A stretch of DNA of 20,837 bases from Candidatus Hodarchaeum mangrovi (GTDB lineage: Archaea; Asgardarchaeota; Heimdallarchaeia; Hodarchaeales; Hodarchaeaceae). The stretch spans positions 1 through 20,837 of the forward strand of contig JAEOUE010000281.1 in the NCBI GenBank assembly GCA_016839515.1. Reading direction: 5' to 3'. The position numbers and the translations under genes are program-made. Under the pieces are notes generated by a model that was not told where the DNA came from, searched no databases, and worked only from the letters and a program-made list of their open reading frames with translations. This document shows positions 1 through 8,110 of the stretch, in pieces (positions within the stretch are counted from its first letter, which is position 1; each line of letters opens with the position of its first letter).

Positions 1-408
1 ATTAAGTGTAGTATACATTGGATGACGAACTAGACTATAAGGACCAGTAGTTATCAGCTGGTGATCCTTTCGTATTCGCCACCTTGCAGAATATTGAGTT
101 CCTAAAGTATGATGGATCCATACCGTTAGAATAGTTGTAAAAACCGCCATAATTGCTCCAAACAGGCGTAAAATAGATGGAAATTCAACTTGAAAAATAT
201 CAATCGTTTGAGGAAAGATAAGCCATAAAATAAGAGAGAAGAAATAACCTAGAATTGCTACTATGAGAATAATGATGGCTTTAGTTTTCCGAAAATATTC
301 TTGTTCAAAGGTTTTTCCTAATTCTTGACTCCTATAATATACTCTCACTACAGCAAAGATTCCATAGATTAGGATCAATATAAATCTGAAGAATAATTCT
401 TCATCCAT
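1..408 (-). CDS. Isoprenylcysteine carboxyl methyltransferase (ICMT/PEMT-like) family membrane protein, 3'-truncated by the window edge
   Basis: Not in the ORF track. Manual translation from ATG 408 gives MDEELFFRFILILIYGIFAVVRVYYR..., three hydrophobic segments, then WIHHTLGTQYSARWRIRKDHQLITTGPYSLVRHPMYTTLN, which carries the ICMT signature H-x-L-x-T-x-G-P-Y-x-x-V-R-H-P-x-Y. The frame is open to position 1. Confidence 0.9.
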   Translation of the reverse strand, partial: MDEELFFRFILILIYGIFAVVRVYYRSQELGKTFEQEYFRKTKAIIILIVAILGYFFSLILWLIFPQTIDIFQVEFPSILRLFGAIMAVFTTILTVWIHHTLGTQYSARWRIRKDHQLITTGPYSLVRHPMYTTLN

Positions 409-635
409 GAATATTCACTACAATTGAATAACCATTATTGAAGGGTTATATGTTTTACATAGCTAAACAAAACATTGTCTTTTGACCATGGTGAAATATG
501 AAAAGAAAGTCAAATCTGCAAGATCTCCAGTCATATTGTCTAGTAAAACACTTATTTGATTAATACTAAATTATCTTTCTGGAGAAGTTAGAGAGTGACC
601 TTGTTGCTTTCCTATTAAGCTAAATAGTATTCTAA

Positions 636-1073
636 TCAACCATTAAATCCAATGATCTCAGGGGTTTCCATTATAGGGGGGTTCAAACCATAGATTTCTT
701 GGTATGCTAATATGATTGATGAAAAAAATCGACGAAGGCTAATAATCCTCTGAGAAATTTTTTCTTTTTCCTCTGATTCGTTTTCCATCAATTTATGAAT
801 TAAATGAACCCTTGCCAAGATTTCAAGTTGGAAATGGTTTAGAATTGGAAAAAGATCTTCGTTAAGTAGGATATTGAGGGTGATGTTCTCCTGACCTCCA
901 CGTGAATCAGGACGGTTTAACGCAAAACCAAATGATATGGAACGAATAGAAAAAATATCAGTAAGATCAAAGTCAAAGCTTGATACAATTTCTTTTTCAA
1001 AATTTTTTGCAAAACCGCAGTTACTGAATGAACGATCTGAAAGTTCTATCAATTTGGGAAAATTATCCTCCAA
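636..1073 (-). CDS. Hypothetical protein, possible longin/uDENN-like domain, probably the surviving 3' part of a longer gene
   Basis: 145-aa ORF with a TTG start and no obvious SD. It has a beta-rich segment (SISFGFALNRPDSRGGQENITLNILL) followed by long C-terminal helices. In-frame stops lie just upstream. The fold call is inference. Confidence 0.6.
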   Translation of the reverse strand: MEDNFPKLIELSDRSFSNCGFAKNFEKEIVSSFDFDLTDIFSIRSISFGFALNRPDSRGGQENITLNILLNEDLFPILNHFQLEILARVHLIHKLMENESEEKEKISQRIISLRRFFSSIILAYQEIYGLNPPIMETPEIIGFNG

Positions 1074-1113
1074 AAACCAATCCTAAAATTATTCCAACTG
1101 TTAACCAAGTTGA

Positions 1114-1260
1114 CTAAAATAATAAAGCAATCATCAAGGTATTTACATTCCCCACCAAATTTTTGTCTAAAACTCCAAAAGCTTTTATGGTGATCACTTG
1201 TTTGATAATATCCAGTTGTGAAAAAATACCAAAACGTGAAGGTAGATTGGCTACAGACAC
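1114..1260 (-). pseudogene. Probable degraded N-terminal fragment of the 636..1073 gene
   Basis: 48-aa frame from GTG 1260: MSVANLPSRFGIFSQLDIIKQVITIKAFGVLDKNLVGNVNTLMIALLF*. It lies about 37 nt downstream of a TATA-like box. The FSQL motif recurs (YFSQLG*) in the stop-interrupted frame upstream of 1073. Confidence 0.35.
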
Positions 1261-1296
1261 TATTTCAACACAAAAGTGTTTTTGGTCTGGAGGACA

Positions 1297-1308
1297 CTTA
1301 TAATCTTT
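1297..1308 (-). promoter_or_regulatory. Putative archaeal BRE/TATA element
   Basis: Minus strand reads AAAGATTATAAG, about 37 nt upstream of GTG 1260. Confidence 0.35.
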
Positions 1309-1370
1309 ATCTTGTTCAATTAGATAAAATTATAATTGAGAAACTGGGTTATTTTTTTAAAAAATAACCT

Positions 1371-1991
1371 TTATGATTCACGAATAAGCAATTTAAGAGT
1401 AAGGTTCCAATTATTTAATTCCTCTCCTAAATAGATCTGGAAAAGTGTTAAAGCTTCTAAATATCGTGCAGCTTTTAAAGGGCCTATATCTATAGCATCG
1501 TAACCTAAAACTCTTCCAATTTCCATGATAATACTTTTAGAGTCTTTATCATCTCCACATATGAATAAATTCGCGTATTGATTCCCAAATCGTGGAGTAG
1601 TTTTCAAAATATTAGAGAAGACTGTATTAAACCCTTTCACAATTACACTCATTGGAATAACTTTCGCAATCTCTTCTGCTGTTGAAGTGTCTTTATCAAT
1701 TTTCACTCCAACAGGATTAGAAATATCTAGAACAATTTTTTTGGCCAAAGACTCTCTATGTTCCTTTAATACATCCAAAATCAATGGATATTTTAATGCA
1801 GGAATAATAATAGTACCAGAGGCAATAGCTTCCTCTATTGACCCTCCAGTAATTTCTCCATCAATAGAATGGGCTTTATTTTTAGCTTTTATCAGGTCTC
1901 GTGACCCCAATATAACTTTGTAACCTGCTTTTCCCAATTGTTGGGCTAATCCCATCCCCATACTTCCAGTGCCAATAATACTAATAATCAT
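1371..1991 (-). CDS. NADP oxidoreductase, F420-dependent family (Fno/NpdG-like dinucleotide-binding protein)
   Basis: N-terminal Rossmann motif IIGTGSMG, plus GSRD, DISNP, VKGFNT, ICGDD and DIGPLKAARYLE motifs. GGTGGTGA SD lies upstream of the ATG. Confidence 0.9.
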   Translation of the reverse strand: MIISIIGTGSMGMGLAQQLGKAGYKVILGSRDLIKAKNKAHSIDGEITGGSIEEAIASGTIIIPALKYPLILDVLKEHRESLAKKIVLDISNPVGVKIDKDTSTAEEIAKVIPMSVIVKGFNTVFSNILKTTPRFGNQYANLFICGDDKDSKSIIMEIGRVLGYDAIDIGPLKAARYLEALTLFQIYLGEELNNWNLTLKLLIRES

Positions 1992-2039
1992 TTAATATTC
2001 ACCACCATTCCTATTTTTAGTGACATAATTAGTAAATTG

Positions 2040-2168
2040 CTACTTATGAATTAAAACAACTCTAGTTGGTGCTCCCTCACCCCCCAAGATCTTGAGCGAT
2101 AATTCAGGATCTTTTGGAAAAATTATCATATTGTCTCCTATTTCAAGAATAATATCAATGATTTTCAT
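2040..2168 (-). pseudogene. Internally deleted cyclase-family (kynurenine formamidase/KynB-like) remnant, 42 aa
   Basis: Manual translation: MKIIDIILEIGDNMIIFPKDPELSLKILGGEGAPTRVVLIHK*. The first ~21 aa match the cyclase N-terminus (M-K-I-I-D-x...M-x-x-F/Y-P-x-D-P). The last ~20 aa match its C-terminus (P-L-K-I-x-G-G-D/E-G-A-P-x-R-x-x-L/A). The HxGTHxD core is absent. Confidence 0.75.
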
Positions 2169-2349
2169 TTATCAAACCCAAAGCACTTTAATCGCTAAAT
2201 AAAGCTTGGAATAAATGAGGTAATATTCATCTCAGCAAAATTTTCGAAAGATTTCAAATTTATTGCAAGTAAATATATTTAATTCTCATTAACATGGATT
2301 TAATATACTTAAAAACGATTAATGCCTAAAATAGATAGGGCGGATTTAT

Positions 2350-2745
2350 ATGAACAACGAATCAAAATCTCAAATTCGCATGAAGATTGGTTCACATCAC
2401 TGGGATATTAGAATTCAAGGTTCTAGTCCAAAAAGTGGAGCTCAAATTTTAAATCTATTACCACTTGAAAGCGAAATAAGAACCTGGGGAGAGGAAATTT
2501 ATTTTTCTATCCCGTTGAGCATGCCTGAAGAGAATGCTAAGAATATTGTAGCATTAGGGGATGTCGCCTACTGGCCAGAAGGGCAATGTTTTTGCGTGTT
2601 TTTTGGCAAAACTCCCCTTACTTCAACTTTAGATGAAATAAAACCAGCATCCCCCGTCAACATCTTCGGTAAAATTCAAGGAGATTTAGAAAGCCTGAAA
2701 ACTGTCAAACCAAATTCCAAAGTCCTTTTAGAACGAATTAAATAA
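2350..2745 (+). CDS. Cyclophilin-like fold protein (Cyclophil_like/DUF369, TM1367-like)
   Basis: LPLES..TWGEEIYFSIP, GDVAYWPEG..FCVFFGKTP and PASPVNIFGKI motifs are typical of this family. Confidence 0.88.
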   Translation: MNNESKSQIRMKIGSHHWDIRIQGSSPKSGAQILNLLPLESEIRTWGEEIYFSIPLSMPEENAKNIVALGDVAYWPEGQCFCVFFGKTPLTSTLDEIKPASPVNIFGKIQGDLESLKTVKPNSKVLLERIK

Positions 2746-2856
2746 TATAATTGCTTCCTCAGAAATTCTATTAACTTGAGTATTATTTCTATGTATTCTA
2801 TTTGTCTATCAAGAATCATATTCGAATCATACAAACTGGGATAACTAAATTCATGT

Positions 2857-3114
2857 TCAAAATGCTGTTTCCTGTAAAGCAAGGAATTGTTCTTTAAAAC
2901 CAGGACTACATAGATTTAACATGGGGATAGGTTTTATCTCGCCACGACACATAGGGCAAGTGGTGACGCCAACAACCTGACAATCAGCACAAACAGTCCC
3001 GTGGTAGTTCTTACATTGAAAATGAGTAGCTAAATTAGAAAAGAGTCTGTGGTACTTACTGCAAAAGAGGAGATCTTTTGCTTTAAGGATTCTTCCGAGA
3101 CCCTGCGTACAAAA
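2857..3114 (-). pseudogene. Start-less reading frame encoding a RING-type zinc finger, the +1-frame continuation of 3083..4336
   Basis: Open from 3114 to TGA 2857: FCTQGLGRILKAKDLLFCSKYHRLFSNLATHFQCKNYHGTVCADCQVVGVTTCPMCRGEIKPIPMLNLCSPGFKEQFLALQETAF*. The pattern C-x3-H-x3-C-x2-C-x7-CPMCR fits RING-HC ligands 3-8. There is no ATG upstream of the motif, and the frame overlaps the stop of the upstream gene. Confidence 0.65.
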
Positions 3115-4336
3115 CTAAAAGGATTATTGAAATAATCACAATTGACGGGAATAATAAAGGCATCCAGTCATATGGGTAGGGAAAACTCTTAGTCTTAAAA
3201 GAATATATGGCAAACAAATTATAATTCGTACCATATGTACCCTCAAGATATCTGATAATAGTCTGATTATAACCAACATGAAAATTCTCGGATAAAGAAG
3301 CAAGCCAAAGTTTACTACCATCAGATCTTGTTAATAAAAGGTCGGAATATGTACCATTGATAAATGACTGGTCAGTCAAGTTACCCCAATCTTCATTCTC
3401 GTAATTAAATAGATATAATTCATTTTCAAGAGTAGTGAAATTTAGGATAACGCGATAATATCCTAAAATCTCAATTTTAGTTTTATCATAATGAGATAAC
3501 TTAACCCAAAATTTATTTGATGGGTCAAGAGTAATACTGCTAATATAAACACGCCAAAACTGAGTGTCACTATCTATAATGTTTGCTAATCCCATTATAT
3601 ATTTAAGATGCAAATCATGAACGTTATATACTGAAATGGACGTGAGATAACTTCCATGGGACCAAAAAATAGATAATGATTCGTTTAAATAAATGACTTT
3701 TCTGGGGATAATAAAGTCATTTGAAGGATGATCAAAATGATCTTTGATGGGGGTTAAGCTGTTAATAAGCTCCTCAGTATAAAGTGTATCAATCGGAAAA
3801 GTATGATTTAAGAAGAGACCACCCGTCGAATTAAACCCCACAAGGGAGAATATATTCGGATAGAATGAGATATTGTTAAATTCTATTTGACTATCATATC
3901 TCTCTAAATATCGATGTGTTAAACACCAGAAATGCGTACCATTAGTAGTTAATCCACTAAAATAAGAGGGAATAATGAGATCTATAACTTTGAGATTAGA
4001 GATTTCTGTATAGTCATCGGTTAAAATAATAGATAATAAAGCTAAAGACCCGTTATTATTGTTTGTCATAATAATAGCATAAAACACATTTTGGTATAAC
4101 ACCGAGTCAATAATCTTGGATGTGTTATACATTGGATATAATAAGTTATCGATTATACAGTAATTAACGGACTCGCTAGTAATTTTAATCCGTGGAGGGG
4201 AATTAGTAAAAAACGATCTATTCAACGAGACATTCTCAATAATTAAAAAACATTGAATTATAATTAAAAGAGATAGAAAAAGCGGATATCTCTTATTTTT
4301 AAAACCTGAAATTAATAGATCCATTGTCATATACAT
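3083..4336 (-). CDS. Type I membrane/surface glycoprotein with a beta-rich (propeller-like) ectodomain
   Basis: N-terminal KNKR plus hydrophobic signal/anchor, about 13 N-x-S/T sequons, a blade-like SGLTTNGTHFW motif, and a C-terminal TM helix (WMPLLFPSIVIISIILLVLYA) followed by only GSRKNP*. Confidence 0.8.
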   Translation of the reverse strand: MYMTMDLLISGFKNKRYPLFLSLLIIIQCFLIIENVSLNRSFFTNSPPRIKITSESVNYCIIDNLLYPMYNTSKIIDSVLYQNVFYAIIMTNNNNGSLALLSIILTDDYTEISNLKVIDLIIPSYFSGLTTNGTHFWCLTHRYLERYDSQIEFNNISFYPNIFSLVGFNSTGGLFLNHTFPIDTLYTEELINSLTPIKDHFDHPSNDFIIPRKVIYLNESLSIFWSHGSYLTSISVYNVHDLHLKYIMGLANIIDSDTQFWRVYISSITLDPSNKFWVKLSHYDKTKIEILGYYRVILNFTTLENELYLFNYENEDWGNLTDQSFINGTYSDLLLTRSDGSKLWLASLSENFHVGYNQTIIRYLEGTYGTNYNLFAIYSFKTKSFPYPYDWMPLLFPSIVIISIILLVLYAGSRKNP

Positions 4337-4765
4337 CTCAACGAAATAAAATTGCTGTTATCATTATGACAATTATCAATTATAGGTTACTAAGATGTAC
4401 AGAAATTTCTTTATTATATATACTTTTTTTCCATATAATTAATTTGTATAGGTCTGGAGTCTGGTGAGTAAGATAATGGTGCATGGGTGCCAATACACAT
4501 GAGGGGGTAACTTATGTATCAGATTATTTCACCCTTTTAGAAACGCTACTAGATCCTCCTAAAATAATTCATCACATAATCCCATTTAAAGCGCTTTTTC
4601 ATTAAGGGGTCATACAGGAATGGATCGTCAGATACCCTCGACTTTCTAAACGATTAATCTTTTCGAAGAAAATGTTTTTTAGTAGGATAAGCCATTCTAG
4701 AAAATATAGAATAGAAAAGAAAAAGGCCTGTCAATCTCGATTTTTACTACCAAGAGGAGAAGTGA

Positions 4766-5410
4766 TTGGATTTCAGTAAAATAACAAGTTTTAATCTGGG
4801 TAATAGAAAGGGTATTATTTATAGTTCGCTAGTGATACTCCTTATACTAAACAGTTTCGGCAGTATATGGACTCTTACTATATCCACCCTCAATATTAGT
4901 GTTTGTATATTCGATTTCACACATGAAGCATATGGGGGGTACGTAAATAATTCGGGAGCGATAACCTATTGGGATTCTTGGAGCAATATAAGAGCATTCT
5001 CTTTAGGGGTTGCTAACTTTGATACAGTGTCTCATACACTTGAACAAGTTACTGTAATCACAACTGGACATCTTCCTGAGAATTACACTTATTTTGAAAA
5101 GAACCTGACGATTTCTAACGAAGAAGGCCTCCCCATAACCCTTTTACCACGGCAATATTGGCAGCATAACTTTTCTCAACTAACCTGGTGTACATTCACA
5201 ATAGCAGTCCAATTGACAGTAGATGATCAATTGCTTGTTTTTGATTCTATCGCTACGGGCTATGGACAATTTCAGCCTAGATGGTTGACATCATGGTCGG
5301 ACGTCTACTATTATACATCCACTACCTCAAAAGCTAATATAATTCCAGTTTTTCTTCCTATCATAGGAATGCTAGTTGCGTATCGATTTAGAAAGAGAAA
5401 AAATCATTAA
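4766..5410 (+). CDS. Secreted/surface protein with C-terminal membrane anchor (CTERM-like)
   Basis: GAGGAG SD before the TTG start, an N-terminal hydrophobic segment, several sequons, a beta-sandwich-like core, and a TSTTS linker + IIPVFLPIIGMLVAY + RFRKRK tail. Confidence 0.8.
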   Translation: MDFSKITSFNLGNRKGIIYSSLVILLILNSFGSIWTLTISTLNISVCIFDFTHEAYGGYVNNSGAITYWDSWSNIRAFSLGVANFDTVSHTLEQVTVITTGHLPENYTYFEKNLTISNEEGLPITLLPRQYWQHNFSQLTWCTFTIAVQLTVDDQLLVFDSIATGYGQFQPRWLTSWSDVYYYTSTTSKANIIPVFLPIIGMLVAYRFRKRKNH

Positions 5411-5954
5411 ATTTTAAATATCAGGAAGTCTAGGAGATTAGCATTTATAATCCTCAAGATTCAACCAGCCATGATTGAAGATTGAATCGTTCTGTTTATG
5501 TCTCATTCTTTAATTTCCATACTATTATGATCTAAATTTAGAACTTCACGTAAAAAATGCTTAACAACTACATCCAGTTCATTAATATTCTTTAAATTAT
5601 AATCAAAATAATAATAGTTGTCCATTGTTCAGCTATACATAAGCTACTTCAGAGGTGACATCTACAGATTCATAATGAAACCAACAAGAACGATAGTAAT
5701 TTCAATAAAAGGAATTATAATTTCTAAATTCTTTGTACCAGTCAGGGACAAACAATGGAGACAAAAGTATGAAGATTCTAATCAGAGATAGGTAGGGAGA
5801 ACCCTCGCAAGAAGGAAGACCAAGAACAAAGAGGATTGAGAATACCAGATAGAAGTTAGAAATTCTAGAATCATTTCCTCTGACTCCTAATACGAGGAGA
5901 TTTATCAACAATTGTTTTAAACTATTCATCTAATAACAATATTGTCTAAAATAA

Positions 5955-6707
5955 ATGGTGAGTCTAATATACAAGACAATTTTAACTCGTCTTACTTCAA
6001 TTCCCTTTCTACTAATAATTCTATTTATAATTGCGTCTGGATCTAGTCTAAAAGGAATTAATTCAGTCGTCAGGCAGACTCCAGTAATAGATGGTGCTAT
6101 TAGTCCGAATGAATATAGCTCATCCCAATCATTTGCTGGAGGAAAGTATCAACTCTACTGGGAAGTTATTGCATCAACTACTATTTCGATTGGCATTTGG
6201 GCTCAGACTACAGGCTGGGTAGCTATTGGTTTTGAACCATCATACATGATGTTAGATGCAGATGTGATCTATGCCTGGGTTGAGCCAACTGGGACAGTTG
6301 TAATCAAGGATACCTATTCCCTTTCGCTAATAGGCATTGATCATCCTGAGGATACGACTCAAGGGGGAACCTTCGATATTTTAGAATATAATGGATCAGA
6401 GGATACAACAAGCACAACAATCGAATTTTCACGTCTTCTTATAACTGGTGATCAAGACTATGATAATGATATTCCCTCAGAAGGATCACTTAAAATTATT
6501 TGGGCATATGGGTCATCCGATAGCTTTAATCAAATGCCTAGTGCTAAAGGATCATCAACAATGACCCTTAGCTCAACTCAGCAAACCACATCCACCGATA
6601 CAAGTATTCAAGCAACTACCACTACCAGAACTGCCGCAGGATTTCATAGCATCATATTAATCCTCGGACTTGTTGGAATTATCATAGCTTATCCACGAAA
6701 GCAATAA
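5955..6707 (+). CDS. DOMON domain surface protein with C-terminal anchor
   Basis: Signal peptide, DOMON motifs YQLYWEV, TTGWVAIGF, MxxAD, TIEFSRLL.TGD..D and IIWAYG, then a Thr-rich linker and an AAGF + TM + RKQ tail. Confidence 0.9.
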   Translation: MVSLIYKTILTRLTSIPFLLIILFIIASGSSLKGINSVVRQTPVIDGAISPNEYSSSQSFAGGKYQLYWEVIASTTISIGIWAQTTGWVAIGFEPSYMMLDADVIYAWVEPTGTVVIKDTYSLSLIGIDHPEDTTQGGTFDILEYNGSEDTTSTTIEFSRLLITGDQDYDNDIPSEGSLKIIWAYGSSDSFNQMPSAKGSSTMTLSSTQQTTSTDTSIQATTTTRTAAGFHSIILILGLVGIIIAYPRKQ

Positions 6708-6731
6708 TGTTTTTTACTAATCCTTTAAGGA

Positions 6732-7574
6732 TTATTCGTTTGTAAACTTAATAGCATCATGAGGGCAAATGTCTAGACATCGATTGCAATAATAACATTC
6801 ACCTTTGAGACTATCTCTATAAGCTTCTTGTGTGGGACAAATTTGTTCACATAATGTGCAATCCGTACACGCTTCTGTGCGAATGAACTTATCTTCAGAA
6901 AACCGGGTAAAGAATGCTGATCCCGCTCCAAAAGGACATAGAAATCTACACCAAGGACGATAAAGGAAGATACTTGAAACCGATACAATACTAAATGCAA
7001 TAAAGGGTAAGGTAATTACAAAAGAATTTATACTCTGAAGGCTTGAAAAACCAGTGAAAGGATTTATCTCTTCTAATAGAATCCAATTAAACCCAAATGC
7101 AAGAAAAAATAGGGCCACTACAAAGATCCATCTAATTCGTGTCGCAAACTTTGTAGGGAGATCGATTCTTAATTTTGCCTTCTGTTGACTCTCCATATCA
7201 GACTTAAAGCTAATAGATGACAACAACTCCTGCCAAGCACCAAGAGGACAAGCATAACCACAAAAAATTCTTCCAACAAGAAAAGAGGTTACAAATAAAA
7301 GACTAAGAATCATCCATGCGGGGATAAGGAATAATATAATTTGTTTTACTCCAAGTGCGATTAAAGTTTGCTGAATAGGCATCAGGGGATTGGGTAATCC
7401 CCCAAATAGGATCCCAAGTAAGAATGTAATAGTCAAGATGAAAACTCTGACCCTTTTCGTCAATGATTTAGTGCTTATTAATAAAATCCCAATTATACAG
7501 ATTAAAAGCCAGTAAAAGATCATAGGTAGACCAATAGTGTAATTAAAGGGTAAAGTTCGATCTTGGACTATCAA
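6732..7574 (-). CDS. Membrane 4Fe-4S binding protein (NapH/MauN/RdxA-type polyferredoxin)
   Basis: About five TM segments, two CxxxCP motifs (GRIFCGYACPLGAWQE, RPWCRFLCPFGA), and C-terminal CTDCTLCEQICP and CYYCNRCLDICP ferredoxin motifs. GGAG lies upstream of the TTG. Confidence 0.92.
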   Translation of the reverse strand: MIVQDRTLPFNYTIGLPMIFYWLLICIIGILLISTKSLTKRVRVFILTITFLLGILFGGLPNPLMPIQQTLIALGVKQIILFLIPAWMILSLLFVTSFLVGRIFCGYACPLGAWQELLSSISFKSDMESQQKAKLRIDLPTKFATRIRWIFVVALFFLAFGFNWILLEEINPFTGFSSLQSINSFVITLPFIAFSIVSVSSIFLYRPWCRFLCPFGAGSAFFTRFSEDKFIRTEACTDCTLCEQICPTQEAYRDSLKGECYYCNRCLDICPHDAIKFTNE

Positions 7575-8110
7575 ATATTATAACTCCATATGCTGAAAAT
7601 TATTTAGGGCTCATTAATCAATCTCTGATATTCATTTCTTAATTTTCTTTAGTAGATAATATAATTGATTGTTATTTAAATTTAAATCCTTTAGTTTGTC
7701 ACAGGAGTAATAATTTTCTGAAGAACTTTTGAATTTTTATTAGAAAAATATTATAATTGAGATACATAAAAATGGATTTTATTCTCTTAAGATATGATGT
7801 TCTGAAAGTCTAGAATGAAAGATGGTGCTCAAGCTATTCCATACACTCCACTTTGAATTTCTTCAATAGTATCAGAGTTTCTAACCATCTGATCAACATC
7901 AAAGCGATGTTAGAGAAAAAAATACTATTTCATTTCCTTTTTTATATGCCTTAATCATAATATATTTTAAAATAATTGTATACCATCAAGCCTTAGGAGA
8001 AAAAAAGATACTTGGGATGTAGATTTGAGTGAATAAATTTCAATATTCAAAGTGTAATAAAATTCTCAGTTCTAATGATATTTACTGTTCATTTAAAGAA
8101 GGATATTAAA

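Noticed and set aside
2941-3005. Locally GC-rich patch considered as a tRNA or ncRNA
   Set aside because: It has no cloverleaf or T-loop motif and is explained by the Cys/Gly/Val codons of the RING frame on the minus strand.
5702-5929. 75-aa minus-strand ORF in the spacer before the DOMON gene
   Set aside because: It has no motif or clear SD and begins only 25 nt from the divergent DOMON start. It may be a decayed fragment but cannot be supported as a gene.
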